From positions 6,572,001 to 6,636,000 of the forward strand of contig JBHGNT010000006.1 of the NCBI GenBank assembly GCA_043228905.1: a stretch of DNA of 64,000 nt. The letters are read 5' to 3'. Within the stretch, counting starts at the first letter, position 1, and the number at the start of each line of letters is the position of its first letter. The notes below the pieces were generated by a model. That model worked only from the letters and a program-made list of their open reading frames with translations, was not told the DNA's origin and searched no databases. This document shows, in pieces, positions 1 to 11,325 of this stretch. Origin of the DNA: Azolla caroliniana (taxonomy: Eukaryota > Plantae > Polypodiophyta). Made by a program: the position numbers and the translations under genes.

Positions 1-200
1 CCGACCTCAAACTCCATTCGGGATGATCCCTCTCCATTCATCCATCCATCCATCTATCTATCAATTTCCATCCGTCTTGTTGCTCCAAATGAATGGTGTG
101 ATCCTCTAAAGCTCTGTGGCTACTTTTGTAATTCTGTAAATCATTGGGGCGTGTCTCTGTTTTTATCTTTTCCAAAAGGTTCTTCTTAGTGAGTAGTGCC

Positions 201-247
201 TCTTCTTCTTCTTCTTCTTCTTCTTCTTCTTCTTCTTCTTCTTCTTC
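201..247. repeat. (TCT)n microsatellite
   Basis: About 15 uninterrupted TCT units. They explain the poly-E and poly-S ORFs at 38..325 and 144..356. Confidence 0.95.
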
Positions 248-2589
248 CTTTTCCAAGACCCTTCTTAGTGTATTCATTGTTTTGTATGTCAAAAGGATGG
301 GGATCATTTTCCTTAATCCAAGCAATCTACTCTCTCTTTTTCAGCTAGGGCTATAACTTTATCTTACAATCTGAGTGTTAGCAATAATATTTTGTCACTA
401 TGCCCCGGAACATTCTTGTACACGACGGAATTAGCACAAGGCAAGATGCCAAAGAACGTTTGCTTCGATAATTGGGCTTTGTTTTCAGAAGTCTCCTTCG
501 TTTCTATCATGTCATTGCCATCGATTACATTTTAATAACTTTGCGAGAATCTTGTGCTTGTTGCAAAATAAGGAACACCATGATACCACGTTCTTTGAAG
601 ATCTTCTAAACAAATATTTGTGCTACATACAAAGATTTGTGCTACATTATTTATGAGCGGACAATCAAAAAAGTTGGGGAAGAATTTTGGCTGAAGACAA
701 AGTTATATGGTAGTGACGTTTTTCAAGAGAGAGTGGATTATCACAAGAGTAACTATGGACTTCAAAAAGAAATCGTGGAAGTGCACACAGCATTAGAAAT
801 TAATTGTAATTTTTTACATTGCATATTGTAACTTGTCCATAATACACCTTAAAGAGTGAAATAATCCTACACAAATTCCCTCTAGGATTTTAATCCAAAT
901 TCAACATCACAAACCTAGAAAGGAGACCTTGAAAGCAAGAAGTTGAGATAAAAAAGCGAGGATATAATATCCAAAGTTGATGCTCATGTAACGATGTTGA
1001 TGGGTCCATTGCACAGGCCATGTTATTTGGCCTTTCATGCAAAGAGGATAACATAAAACTCATATGCTGTCTATCACAATAAATGAGACAATGTTCACGG
1101 AAAAGGATAAAAAGGACTGTAAATTATGTACCATCATTTGTTAAACTTTCCTCTAGATATTTATCCTTACCTAGTGAATTCAACTTAATAATGCTTAGAA
1201 GCGAGGTGATTGGTTGGCTAATTATCTTGTTTAATTCAAACATCAGCTAGAAAATGCTTCAAAAAGTATGCATTTAGGAGCTATTGTGGTGTCCATTGCA
1301 TTCAAATTGAATCGAATCTTCAAGTTTACCTACATGATTAGACCTCTAGTTATTTGCTTTAATCTATATCAAATTGCTAATGGCTCAAATTTATAAACCA
1401 AGTGATTAGTTGCCATTGAATAGTAGTGTTAATTGAATCTAGTTTTTAGAGAGAATCAAAAGTGCTTTAGAACCACTCAATGTTGTTGCTCGATCTAATC
1501 GATGGGAACTTGCTAAAGTACTCTTATATTATGCTCTAGCACGTAATATCTCAACGATATATTAGTACTCAATTATCCATATTATACGGTTCATATAACA
1601 TATATACACCACCTGTGCTAAATTTCCATTTGTTTAATCTCTAGTTACATAGAGAACAAAATTGAATATGAGAATTTTACAAATTACATAACATTAACAT
1701 GCTAGACAAGGCCTCATGGTTTTAGATCAATGTGAAAGTGGATGGAGTTTTAAGGATTTTTAAGTTAGAAATCCACAGGTTAAAAGGAGCATTTTAGACA
1801 TGTATCACAATTCTTCAAGAACGTATATATAAACTTTTGGATATCAACCACCACGAGAAGAAGACAAAGTAAATAGATTTGATCTAGAAATCATGGAAGT
1901 CTAAGCCATTTAAGCAATTGCCATGTCAATGAAGACACACACATACTCTTAACTTAATTATAAACTAGCACATGAGCTTTGGCCATATTCCAATGGAATA
2001 TGATTGCATGCACACATGTGTGTGCATGTGAGCCATTGCCCAAATTGATTTAAACAATTTTTTTCACAAAACAAGAGGAAGAAGGTAACTTCAAATTACA
2101 TGTAAAGCATGTCTAATATTCTTCTACATGGGCAACATTCCTGAATTTGTAAATAAAGGTTGGAACTTAATGTGAATTGTTACAAGATTGGAAATTGTAG
2201 CCATTTTAGAGGTAGGAGAAAAGTAGGGATGAATAAGAGTAAAGAGGAGAACAATAGATCAAAAGGTTTGGGAGATGTTGTTGGAGAGTGCTTAGCTATA
2301 ACGGTCATGAAAGATTTGTTTGGAGAGACAATAAAGAATGGAAGGATAAAATGAAGAAATAAACAAAGAAAGTAGTCATAAGGTTGGAGGAGATAAATGA
2401 TTTATTTTATATCCATCAATCAAAGATAGTGGGATCACCCACCCAAGAAAGGATGGAATTGATGTATAACTTGATGAATTCGCAATGTAAGTCCAAAATG
2501 CAAATATTCATAAATAGGAATGGTCGACTTCAACCATTTAATGAGAACATTTAAGAGCATTAACTATACATTCTTGGAATACGAAAGAG

Positions 2590-5500
2590 ATGACCTCTTT
2601 ATCATATTTTGCCTTGTTATTGCTATCAATAATTGGAAGTGCATCGTCATTGCCATCAAACTTTGATTATGAAGATGCTTTCTACAAGAGCTTGCTTTTC
2701 TTGGAGGCCCAAAGATCCGGCAACCTTAATCTTTCCCAAAATCGTGTGCCCTGGCGTGGAGACTCTGCTCTCCAAGATGGCCTAAGCCAAGGGGTAATGT
2801 TCCATCTAGTCTTTCCTAAACCTCGTGAATAATTCATTGGTTCATTGAAATGTTAAAATATTCATTGACCCATCCATCCATTGTTGTGTGTATAATATAT
2901 ACAATTTACAATGCAGTTCCCTTAAGTGAACCTTGTCATAGGTAAATATATCAGTATGATTTATTTTTTCCAAAAAAATATTAGTATGATTTATGTGACT
3001 TTCATGTTATGTGTTCTAGGTGGACCTTGTTGGTGGTTACTACGATGCCGGTGACCATGTCAAGTTTGGGTTTCCCATGGCTTTCACTATCACCATGCTC
3101 TCATGGGGTGTTATCCAATGGCGTGATTCCTTCATCCAACATAACGAGCTCAATTTCACACTTGATGCCATACGGTGGGGTATAGATTACTTCATCAAAG
3201 CTCACCCTGAAACAAATGTCCTTTGGGCACAGGTATCTTCCTCTACCCTTATTTAGCGCATAACTACATAGAATATTGCATTTTTTTGTGCTTGTTGCAT
3301 TATCGTTTTAATAGAAATTGTTGGATTTTGAAAAATAGAGATTTTATTATCATCTTTTCTCTCGCTGAGTTTTCGTCATTATATGTACTATGGTCCTTTG
3401 TACCAAATTTGGGTTGATATAGTTGTTTTCGTATGCTACGAGAAATACTAACATATACTATTCACCTTTGATTAAGTTGTCAAGAAATCGTTGAATTCAT
3501 AAATGTTGTTTCTATTTGGTTTACGATTGAGTAATTGTGCACAATGTAAAATGATTTGATATACATATCATGAAAGTTTAAAAGATTTTGGCATGGATTA
3601 TGAGCCTAGAAAATGTCACTTCCATAAAAGAGAAGGAACTTAATGAGTGATAAGAGATGCATCAATATGTTGACAACCAATTCATGCATCCATGGTCCAA
3701 TTGGAAAGAAGCTTGTGCTAGTCAATTGCGTCATCAAAATTGATAAAAGTGCATAGACCTTGAATTTATGAAGTTAAGATCAACGAAAAGCTTTAAAAAA
3801 AGTGGAAGAGTGGTAAAAGTAGAGGACTCAAAATGAATCTTTGGTTCACTCTTTGCAAGAAGTTCCGATATTGGGTTTTACAAATCAGTTTGTAGTACAT
3901 CAAGCCAACAAAATAATGAAAGTTTGTATTCTTGACTACTATATAAACTTCCCCCATCCATGTATGACGAGATGTTTGTGCACATTCCAATCCCGAGAGG
4001 AATGAAAATATCAAGACCATGTGATATTATGTCAATGTCTAGCCTTCATTTTTCCTCTTTCTGATATGCTTAGTCTGAATCAAAACATTGCGTGTATGAC
4101 TCAAGGATCCACTTGATGTGAGAATGGTTATGGATGAATTATTAAATTTTGATATAGCTCTCTAATGTTACTTTGAATGGTGTAAGGTTGGGGATGGTTA
4201 CTCGGACCATAGATGTTGGCAAAGAGCTGAGGACATGACAACCCCAAGAATGGCCTACCGCCTAGATGTCACACACCCTGGGTCTGACATCGCCGCCGAG
4301 ACAGCTGCTGCAATGGCATCTGCTTCCATTGCCTTTCACCAAGTAGACTTGTCCTATGCCGAAAAACTCCTCAATCATGCCAAAGAGGTACAATTGGTCA
4401 TAAATATAAGTTTTCCTTAGTTAAAAATTCCCTCCTTTTTTATGCAATATTCATATGCACATGTAGCTCTTTGCCTTCGCGGACACGTATAGGGGGAAGT
4501 ACCATGATGCAATCTCCAATGTGAAGCCTTTCTACGAGTCAATCAGTGGATACGATGTAATTATCTATACAATATCTATTACATTGATATAGTAACAACC
4601 CAACTAATCCATAATTAATCATGCACTACCATATTGATTAAGCAATGGGTAATTACTTGTATAGGATGAGTTGTTGTGGGCAGCTCTTTGGCTTCATGAG
4701 GCAACAAGTGAATCCTCATATTTGGATTACGTCATACAGAACGTAGCAAGTGGCACATGGAACATGAAGGAGTTTAGTTGGGATGCAAAGTATGTGGGTC
4801 TTCAAATTCTTGCATCTAAGGTACTAATAATTAAATGCACATCTTAATGTCAAATACACACTAATAGTGTCCATTGCGAAATTAAGTGCCTTTGAAGGAG
4901 GTTCTTACAACAAGGGACCAAGATACTAAAAACTTCGACTATCTCATTCTATAATTTTTTTTGCCACTCAAATTCTTATAGAAACTAATATTAAGTAGTT
5001 GGTTCCAATGATTCTTTAATTTAGTTGAAGCCAATATACCTAACTTGTTAGTCTTATGTGCACTCTCAACATTGTATTAAATTGGGGTTAAGAGTTCCCA
5101 AATGTATATTTAGTTATGAATTTACACAAGCATGGTTTCTTTCTTTCCCAAACGTCGTTGTTTACCTTTAAGCCCGTCACAAAACACCTCTCTCTCAAAA
5201 GAAAACTAAGGCTTCACGCTTTTATACTCACTTTTGTTTTCTAAAGGTTCAATGAGTCATTACAATCATATATATTATATGTTGTTTATGTATACAAGGG
5301 AGAGCAAATTCATAACTTCTGAGCACAGTGGTAGTAGAGCATTATATGGGCCTATAAGTGACACGTTGAGGCCAGCCTAGTTGTCACATTTCTACATAGC
5401 TTTAGTTGTATGCAAGTAAAGTTTCACATGTGCTTTTGTGAGGGGGGAAAGGTTGCCCAAAACATCTTTGTTATGTTTAGTTGTGTATAGTGTAAAGGTT

Positions 5501-7781
5501 CATTATGTGTAGCTTGGCCATATAGAGAATGCTAGTGGCTATCTCTAGCATAATATAAACATAGTCATCTCATGCACGAGCTATATGATATGTCACACTT
5601 TTGTTTTTTGGGGGTTGGGCCATTCTAGAGGGTGAATAAGATGCAATAAGATATGGTGTGCATTTGTTAGTTAGAAACATCAACATGATTGTTTGCATGC
5701 ACATAAAGGGAAGCAAAATACTATTAGGGGGAAAATGAATTTGTAAATGGTCAAATGTGTCAATTATACAAAAACAAAAGCTCTCAATAGGTTCTTTCAC
5801 ATTTTCCTTTAATTTAGGTCAATTGGTTTTTCTCGTTGGCAATTGTGAGCTTTCATATGCTTTCCCCACTATCCATACCAATCACATGTAGGAAAACTAA
5901 AAACAATTTCAATGTTGTCACATAAATTCTATCGTAAAAAAAATATGATGTTACTATGACCATGTTGATCAACATCTTCATTTGTTTCTTACAATTGTCT
6001 CCATGTTTGGTTTATTGCTAATATTCATCTTAGATTTTGTTCGAGGGAAATCATAATACTACTACCCAAATGGCTAGAGTGTTGAAACAATATCAAAATG
6101 GTGCAGAATTCTATCTTTGCTCTCTCCTTCGAAAGAATATAGATGGCAAAAATGCTCAGTTTACTCCAGGCAAGAAAAAACCTCTTATGATATGTTTCAT
6201 GTATTGCACTTAGCTCAATCCACAAAAGCATCCGAGTGGAAAGAAACTCTTAATTTTCATTATCCTTAATAAGTCTTTCATAACATTGGTAAAAGGAAAT
6301 CATTAGACATATCATATAAAACATCTTGAGCAAGCACAAACAAAGTGTATCATCCATTACTTGTTATCAAATTGTGAATCTTGTGGTTAATTTAACGTTT
6401 ATCATGATTTTTTGTTAAATATATGCATAATAGGTGGTTTGCTCTTCACACGCAAATGGAACAACATGCAATATGTTACATCCGCTACATTTGCGCTTGC
6501 CATATACTATGATTACTTAACAACATTCGGACAACAACTTCAATGCCCCAATGGTTTAGTTCCAACATCAAACCTATTAATCTTGGCTAAGACACAGGTA
6601 AATTTATTAGAAGAATCAAAACTCTCTTTCATTTTCAATAATTGCTATTTAAAAGCTAACTGTTTATCATATTAGTGTTGCATTAAATTGTTCAACTTGT
6701 CAATTTCATCCAAGCGCATGATATTGGAAATGTCGGGTTTTTCAAAAATAGGCCCAAGCATACCATATGTCAAATGGATGTCAAACGTGTTGTCAATTTT
6801 ACTTCATAAAAAAGGAAATTTTGGCATATTATCTCACATCGTGATTATGGAATGATTCAAACTCACATCATGAAGCATGTATGCTTTAGCCTTTTATCAT
6901 GTTGGTTAACATCATAATCAAGACATAGTAGCACAAGCTTCAAAGTATAGTAAAGTCATGTTTTAGAACCATATTTTACACATGAGCAAGACTTAAAAGG
7001 GTAGGTATTGATCTTGCGATGATAGTCCAACTATATCCCAATACAAAATAAGAAATAGTAAATAATATTGCCATCATTTGTCTTTTGCTTCACCACTCTT
7101 ATTATGGCCTTTCTTCAATGTTATATTGACCTTTCTTTTTCAAGAAATCACTATATTCTCAAACATATAAGAACTTACCCATTCATAAATGTGTTACAAT
7201 TCCAACATAAACTTGAAACTTGACTAATATATAGGAGAAATTAAAGAATATTGTATTGGAACATATGAACAAAATATAATCGATTACTTGAGTATGTTTT
7301 TCAAAGTCAACGACTCATTGGTTATGTATTTGGAAATTATTAGGTTGATTACATCTTGGGAAATAATCCCATGGGAATGAGTTATCTCGTGGGTTATGGA
7401 GCCAACTATCCACAACATGTGCATCATAGAGGTGCATCAATTGTTGCATATAGGAACGATACAACATTTGTTAGTTGTAAAGGGGGTTACCAACAATGGT
7501 ATGCAAGCAAGTCGTCCAACCCTAATGTGGTGGTGGGAGCAATTGTTGGTGGACCTGATTCTCTAGATGTCTTTTTGGACTCGAGATCTCGATTTGAGCA
7601 ATCTGAACCCACCATCTCCACAATTGGCCCTTTTGTGGGTGTGTTAGCTCGATTTGCAAGCAATCAAAACACTTCATTGAACAAAACTTCGTCCACTCCA
7701 GTTTCGTGGTCCAAGTATTCTGCACTTTTACAAACTCCACTCTTGCCAAAATATATGCCTCTTTATTATAAGAATCCATAA
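2590..7781 (+). CDS. Secreted endo-1,4-beta-glucanase, glycoside hydrolase family 9
   Basis: Exons 2590-2793, 3020-3232, 4187-4387, 4467-4556, 4665-4820, 6034-6169, 6434-6597 and 7344-7781 splice in frame. N-terminal hydrophobic signal peptide. GH9 motifs [53 protein letters not shown] and GGPD...FEQSEPT; catalytic Asp/Glu present. Confidence 0.95.
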
Positions 7782-7799
7782 AACACATAAAGTGAGCAT

Positions 7800-8151
7800 C
7801 TAAACCATGGTTATTATAAATATGTGTTACTTGGATCAAAGATTGCTTTCCTCATTATACTCATTCATATCAAGTGTTTTTTCTTACTAAGGTAACATGA
7901 AGATACCAAATTAACACCTTATAAGTCGTTTATTTTCAACAAATCCATGTGTCATCTTGGATTTGTAACATGCCATGCATAAAATGATCATATAAACCAT
8001 GTTTATTATAAAAATGGTATTGTTTTCCTCATTATACTCATTCATATCATGTGTTTTTGCTTGATTAGGTAATAGGAAACTATCAAATTAACATCTTTGA
8101 GTCATTTCTTTTCAACAAATGCACGTGTCATGTTGGATTTGTAACATGCCA
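7800..8151. repeat. Diverged tandem duplication (about 180-190 bp unit) in the GH9 3' flank
   Basis: taaaccatg(g/t)ttattataaa...ttcctcattatactcattcatatca...ttggatttgtaacatgcca occurs twice (from about 7801 and about 7993). Confidence 0.8.
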
Positions 8152-10199
8152 CATATATGACGTCGACATTATGAATATATGTTGAATCGAGATATTCAAT
8201 CTAAAATTTAATTAACAACCTTACTAGGGGCTCTCTCTAATCCTTGGAACAACTAACATATATTCTTTTCCATGATGGTTGTAGACTATTTCTTCAAGCC
8301 AATTTGATAATTTTGTATGTACACTCAACATGATTCTCCTACTATCATTTCAATACTAAGCTTTTTAATCTCCCTCATTTGAGATTAAAAGGGAATGTCA
8401 TATCACAATGCATAAATCCAAGCTATCTCAATCATGATTCATAACTAATGTGTTGAACGATGGACTACTTTCTTGTACTTGTGATACTATTCCTAGATTG
8501 ACAATTGCCTTGTAGCTTTCACTTCCATGTATGTATTTCATCATACATATTTGGTTTATTGAGATTGCAACCCTTGAGGTTGTGCTCTCAATTTAGATTA
8601 ATTATTCAATTGCAAAATACACTATTACAATATGGCCATCTTCACATATTTATCAAACATCTTAAATATACTAGCATCACCAAGTTGATGTAAACAAGGT
8701 TAGCATGGGTGAAAGAGAATTGAAGAAATAAAAAAAAGTTTGGATGATGCTAAGGAGCAAAACAAACTATTTCTTTGTCAAGTCATACACACAAAATGTG
8801 AGAAGAAGGTTCACATTGTTAAAGAGGAAGTCATAATACACACAAAATGTTGATGAAAGGGTGGAGAGAGCCATAAAGATAACAAGGAACCCAACAAAAT
8901 ATCTAAGGTAGTTAATTGAGAAGGTAATTAAGATGCAAGAACATAGTAACAACATTTTAGAAGTGATTGCAATGCAATTATTGTTATGAACACTCATAGC
9001 ATTGGAAAGCCAAAAAGGCACCCATGACTCGTTATTTCCCTTAAATTTTATTCTTACACTGTATGTTCGATGCTATCCTCTTTAAGGCACCAATGATGAT
9101 TTAAACTCATCAATAGACAAAGAAGAATAATATTATAGGATCTTCATCACATCCAGCTTTTTGTGTGAGTGATGAACTCATATCTTTATAGGGGGGCGAG
9201 CGTCCTACTTTTGATTGTATTCCACATTTGTCGTATGTACCCACATCTTCTCATTTGCTCTAAATGATCGCATGTCAATAAACCAATTCGGTACTTTCAT
9301 GATAGCTCAATAAGGTTTTAGCATGTAAGGTGAGAGGAACCATCACATTCTTGTGACTTGCTATCATTCCTCTCTTTATAATAGGGTATGTTCAAGTCTT
9401 TGTGAGAAATATTTTCGGACAACACTATTCAAAACATCCTCTACTTAATATGGAAAATGTTATTGTTTTCTTAGAAAAAACATGGACTAACCCTTGTTGG
9501 CTTTTCAAAGAACATCACATGATCACGTATGTTTAGTTTTTTATGTGAAGTCTTATTTTATGGATTCCTATTGTTTCATGCAAGAAGAGGAAACTAGATC
9601 GATTAACAATGTTCTGACTAATCAAATTATCATAGAGATACTAGATTCAGCCCACAAATAAGAACCCATTTCTTGAGCATCGGATTACCATAGCCTAAAT
9701 TAATTCATCTAGCAGTCGAAAGAATGTTTGGCATAGTGATCCACATAATTCAATCACACATAGAGAATAACTGAGTAGCCATTGAATTACTGCAATAAGT
9801 ACATGTACATGTTCAAATTTGTTAAGGAAATACTTCAAGTGTGGCAGCATTTGAGAAGCATTGCAAACGTAAAGCATGCCATGAATAAAATATAACGAAT
9901 AACTCCAAAATTGACAAAATATATAACACTGGAAAAAACTTGAATCGGTGGAGGGACAAGATTTGCCCCGTTTTCTAGAAAAAAAAATGCCATGCCTAAT
10001 TTATCCATATCAAGAGGCAACTCTTTGTGGATCACCGATTTGCTTCTTAGGGCAAGAAGAAACCCATTGTTTGTGTACTATAGTTATTGGAAGAAATCAC
10101 ATGTGCATTATTGAACTTTAGAGAGAGATAAAAAATGATGACAATGACAAAAAAAACACAAGCATACATTGATGGAATCCATCTATCTCGCAGTATGTC

Positions 10200-10750
10200 A
10201 TAGATGGACTGCGGAAGAAAGCATTCGCTAGTCACAAGCACATGCAAGAGGTAGGTGTTAAACCTGATAGAACTACATTCATTTGCATGCTAAAATGTTG
10301 TTGTAAATGCAACAATGCCTTTGAGAAGGGGAGTTTGATATACAATGAAATGATGAAAAGCTCAGTTGATATTGATAATACTCACGGTAATGTGTTAATC
10401 AACATGTTTGCTAAATGTGGTCTGCTAGAAGATGCAAAGACCGTCTTTGATAAGATGCCAAATATATGAGAAAATGTAGCAGATGAACATGGAGCCAAAT
10501 AAGCTAGTTTTCTTATCTATGTTGAAAGCATGTGCTAATTCACATGCCATATATGAAGGCAAATTTACATACATGGTATAATAATTAAGAATGAACTTGA
10601 ACCCGAGATAAGTCAGTGGGAGCTCCATAGTTTTTGTGTATGCCAAGTGTGTGGTCATCTTGCAGGAGCATGTAACATTTAGGATAGGCTTCCTAAAAAA
10701 GAATGTCAAGGTTTGAGCTATAACATTGCCGTAAGGCCTTTTCACACATG
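10200..10750 (+). pseudogene. Decayed PLS-class PPR gene fragment
   Basis: MQEVGVKPDRTTFICMLKCC...GNVLINMFAKCGLLEDAKTVFDKMP followed by a stop. Further PPR-like pieces (EPNKLVFLSMLKAC, YAKC) follow with stops and frameshifts. Confidence 0.85.
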
Positions 10751-11139
10751 TTGAACGACTAATAGTCGTCTCACTCTGAAACATAACTATGAGTTCCTAC
10801 GCTATTTATTACACGAGATTCGGTGTCTTCGAGAACGTGTTGATTGAAGAGAGAGGTTAGTTAAAACTGAAATGTGCAAGAAGAAGAAGAAGGACTTCTA
10901 AGAGTCCCGTAAAACAGTTGTAATCTGAGAAAAAAGGATGACTATGGTCCTTTATAATAAGAATGAACCCCAAGGCCGTTTCATGTACCGATTGGACCGA
11001 TGAAGTCTTATGGAGGAGACGAACCAATGTTGGCGATGAGGCGCGGGGAAGTGTAATGTCCGGCCTAATGTTTCGCATGAGATAGAAATGAAAAAGAGCG
11101 AGAGACATTAGGAGTTTGTGTCTAGGCAAAAACATTATA

Positions 11140-11302
11140 TGTATTGGGCTGGGCGGGCTACATGGAAATGAACCTTCCTTCCTTTTTTTCCCTTCTTCCT
11201 TCTTTGCTCTTTTCCTTTCGCCTTTTCAAGTCCAGTAACCCTAACGCTCGCAGCCCCTCGGCTGGAATTAGGGTTAGGGTTAGGGTTAGGGTTAGGGTTA
11301 GG
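11140..11302 (+). promoter_or_regulatory. Cyclin T promoter/5'UTR: site II-like TGGGCT plus (TTAGGG)5 telo-box-like array
   Basis: attgggct at about 11143, a pyrimidine-rich stretch, then TTAGGG x5 plus TTAGG at 11268-11302, ending 23 nt before the ATG. Confidence 0.6.
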
Positions 11303-11325
11303 CTCCCCTGTGAAAGGCAAAAGCT

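Noticed and set aside
38-356. Poly-Glu and poly-Ser ORFs
   Set aside because: They are translations of a TCT microsatellite with no other coding signal.
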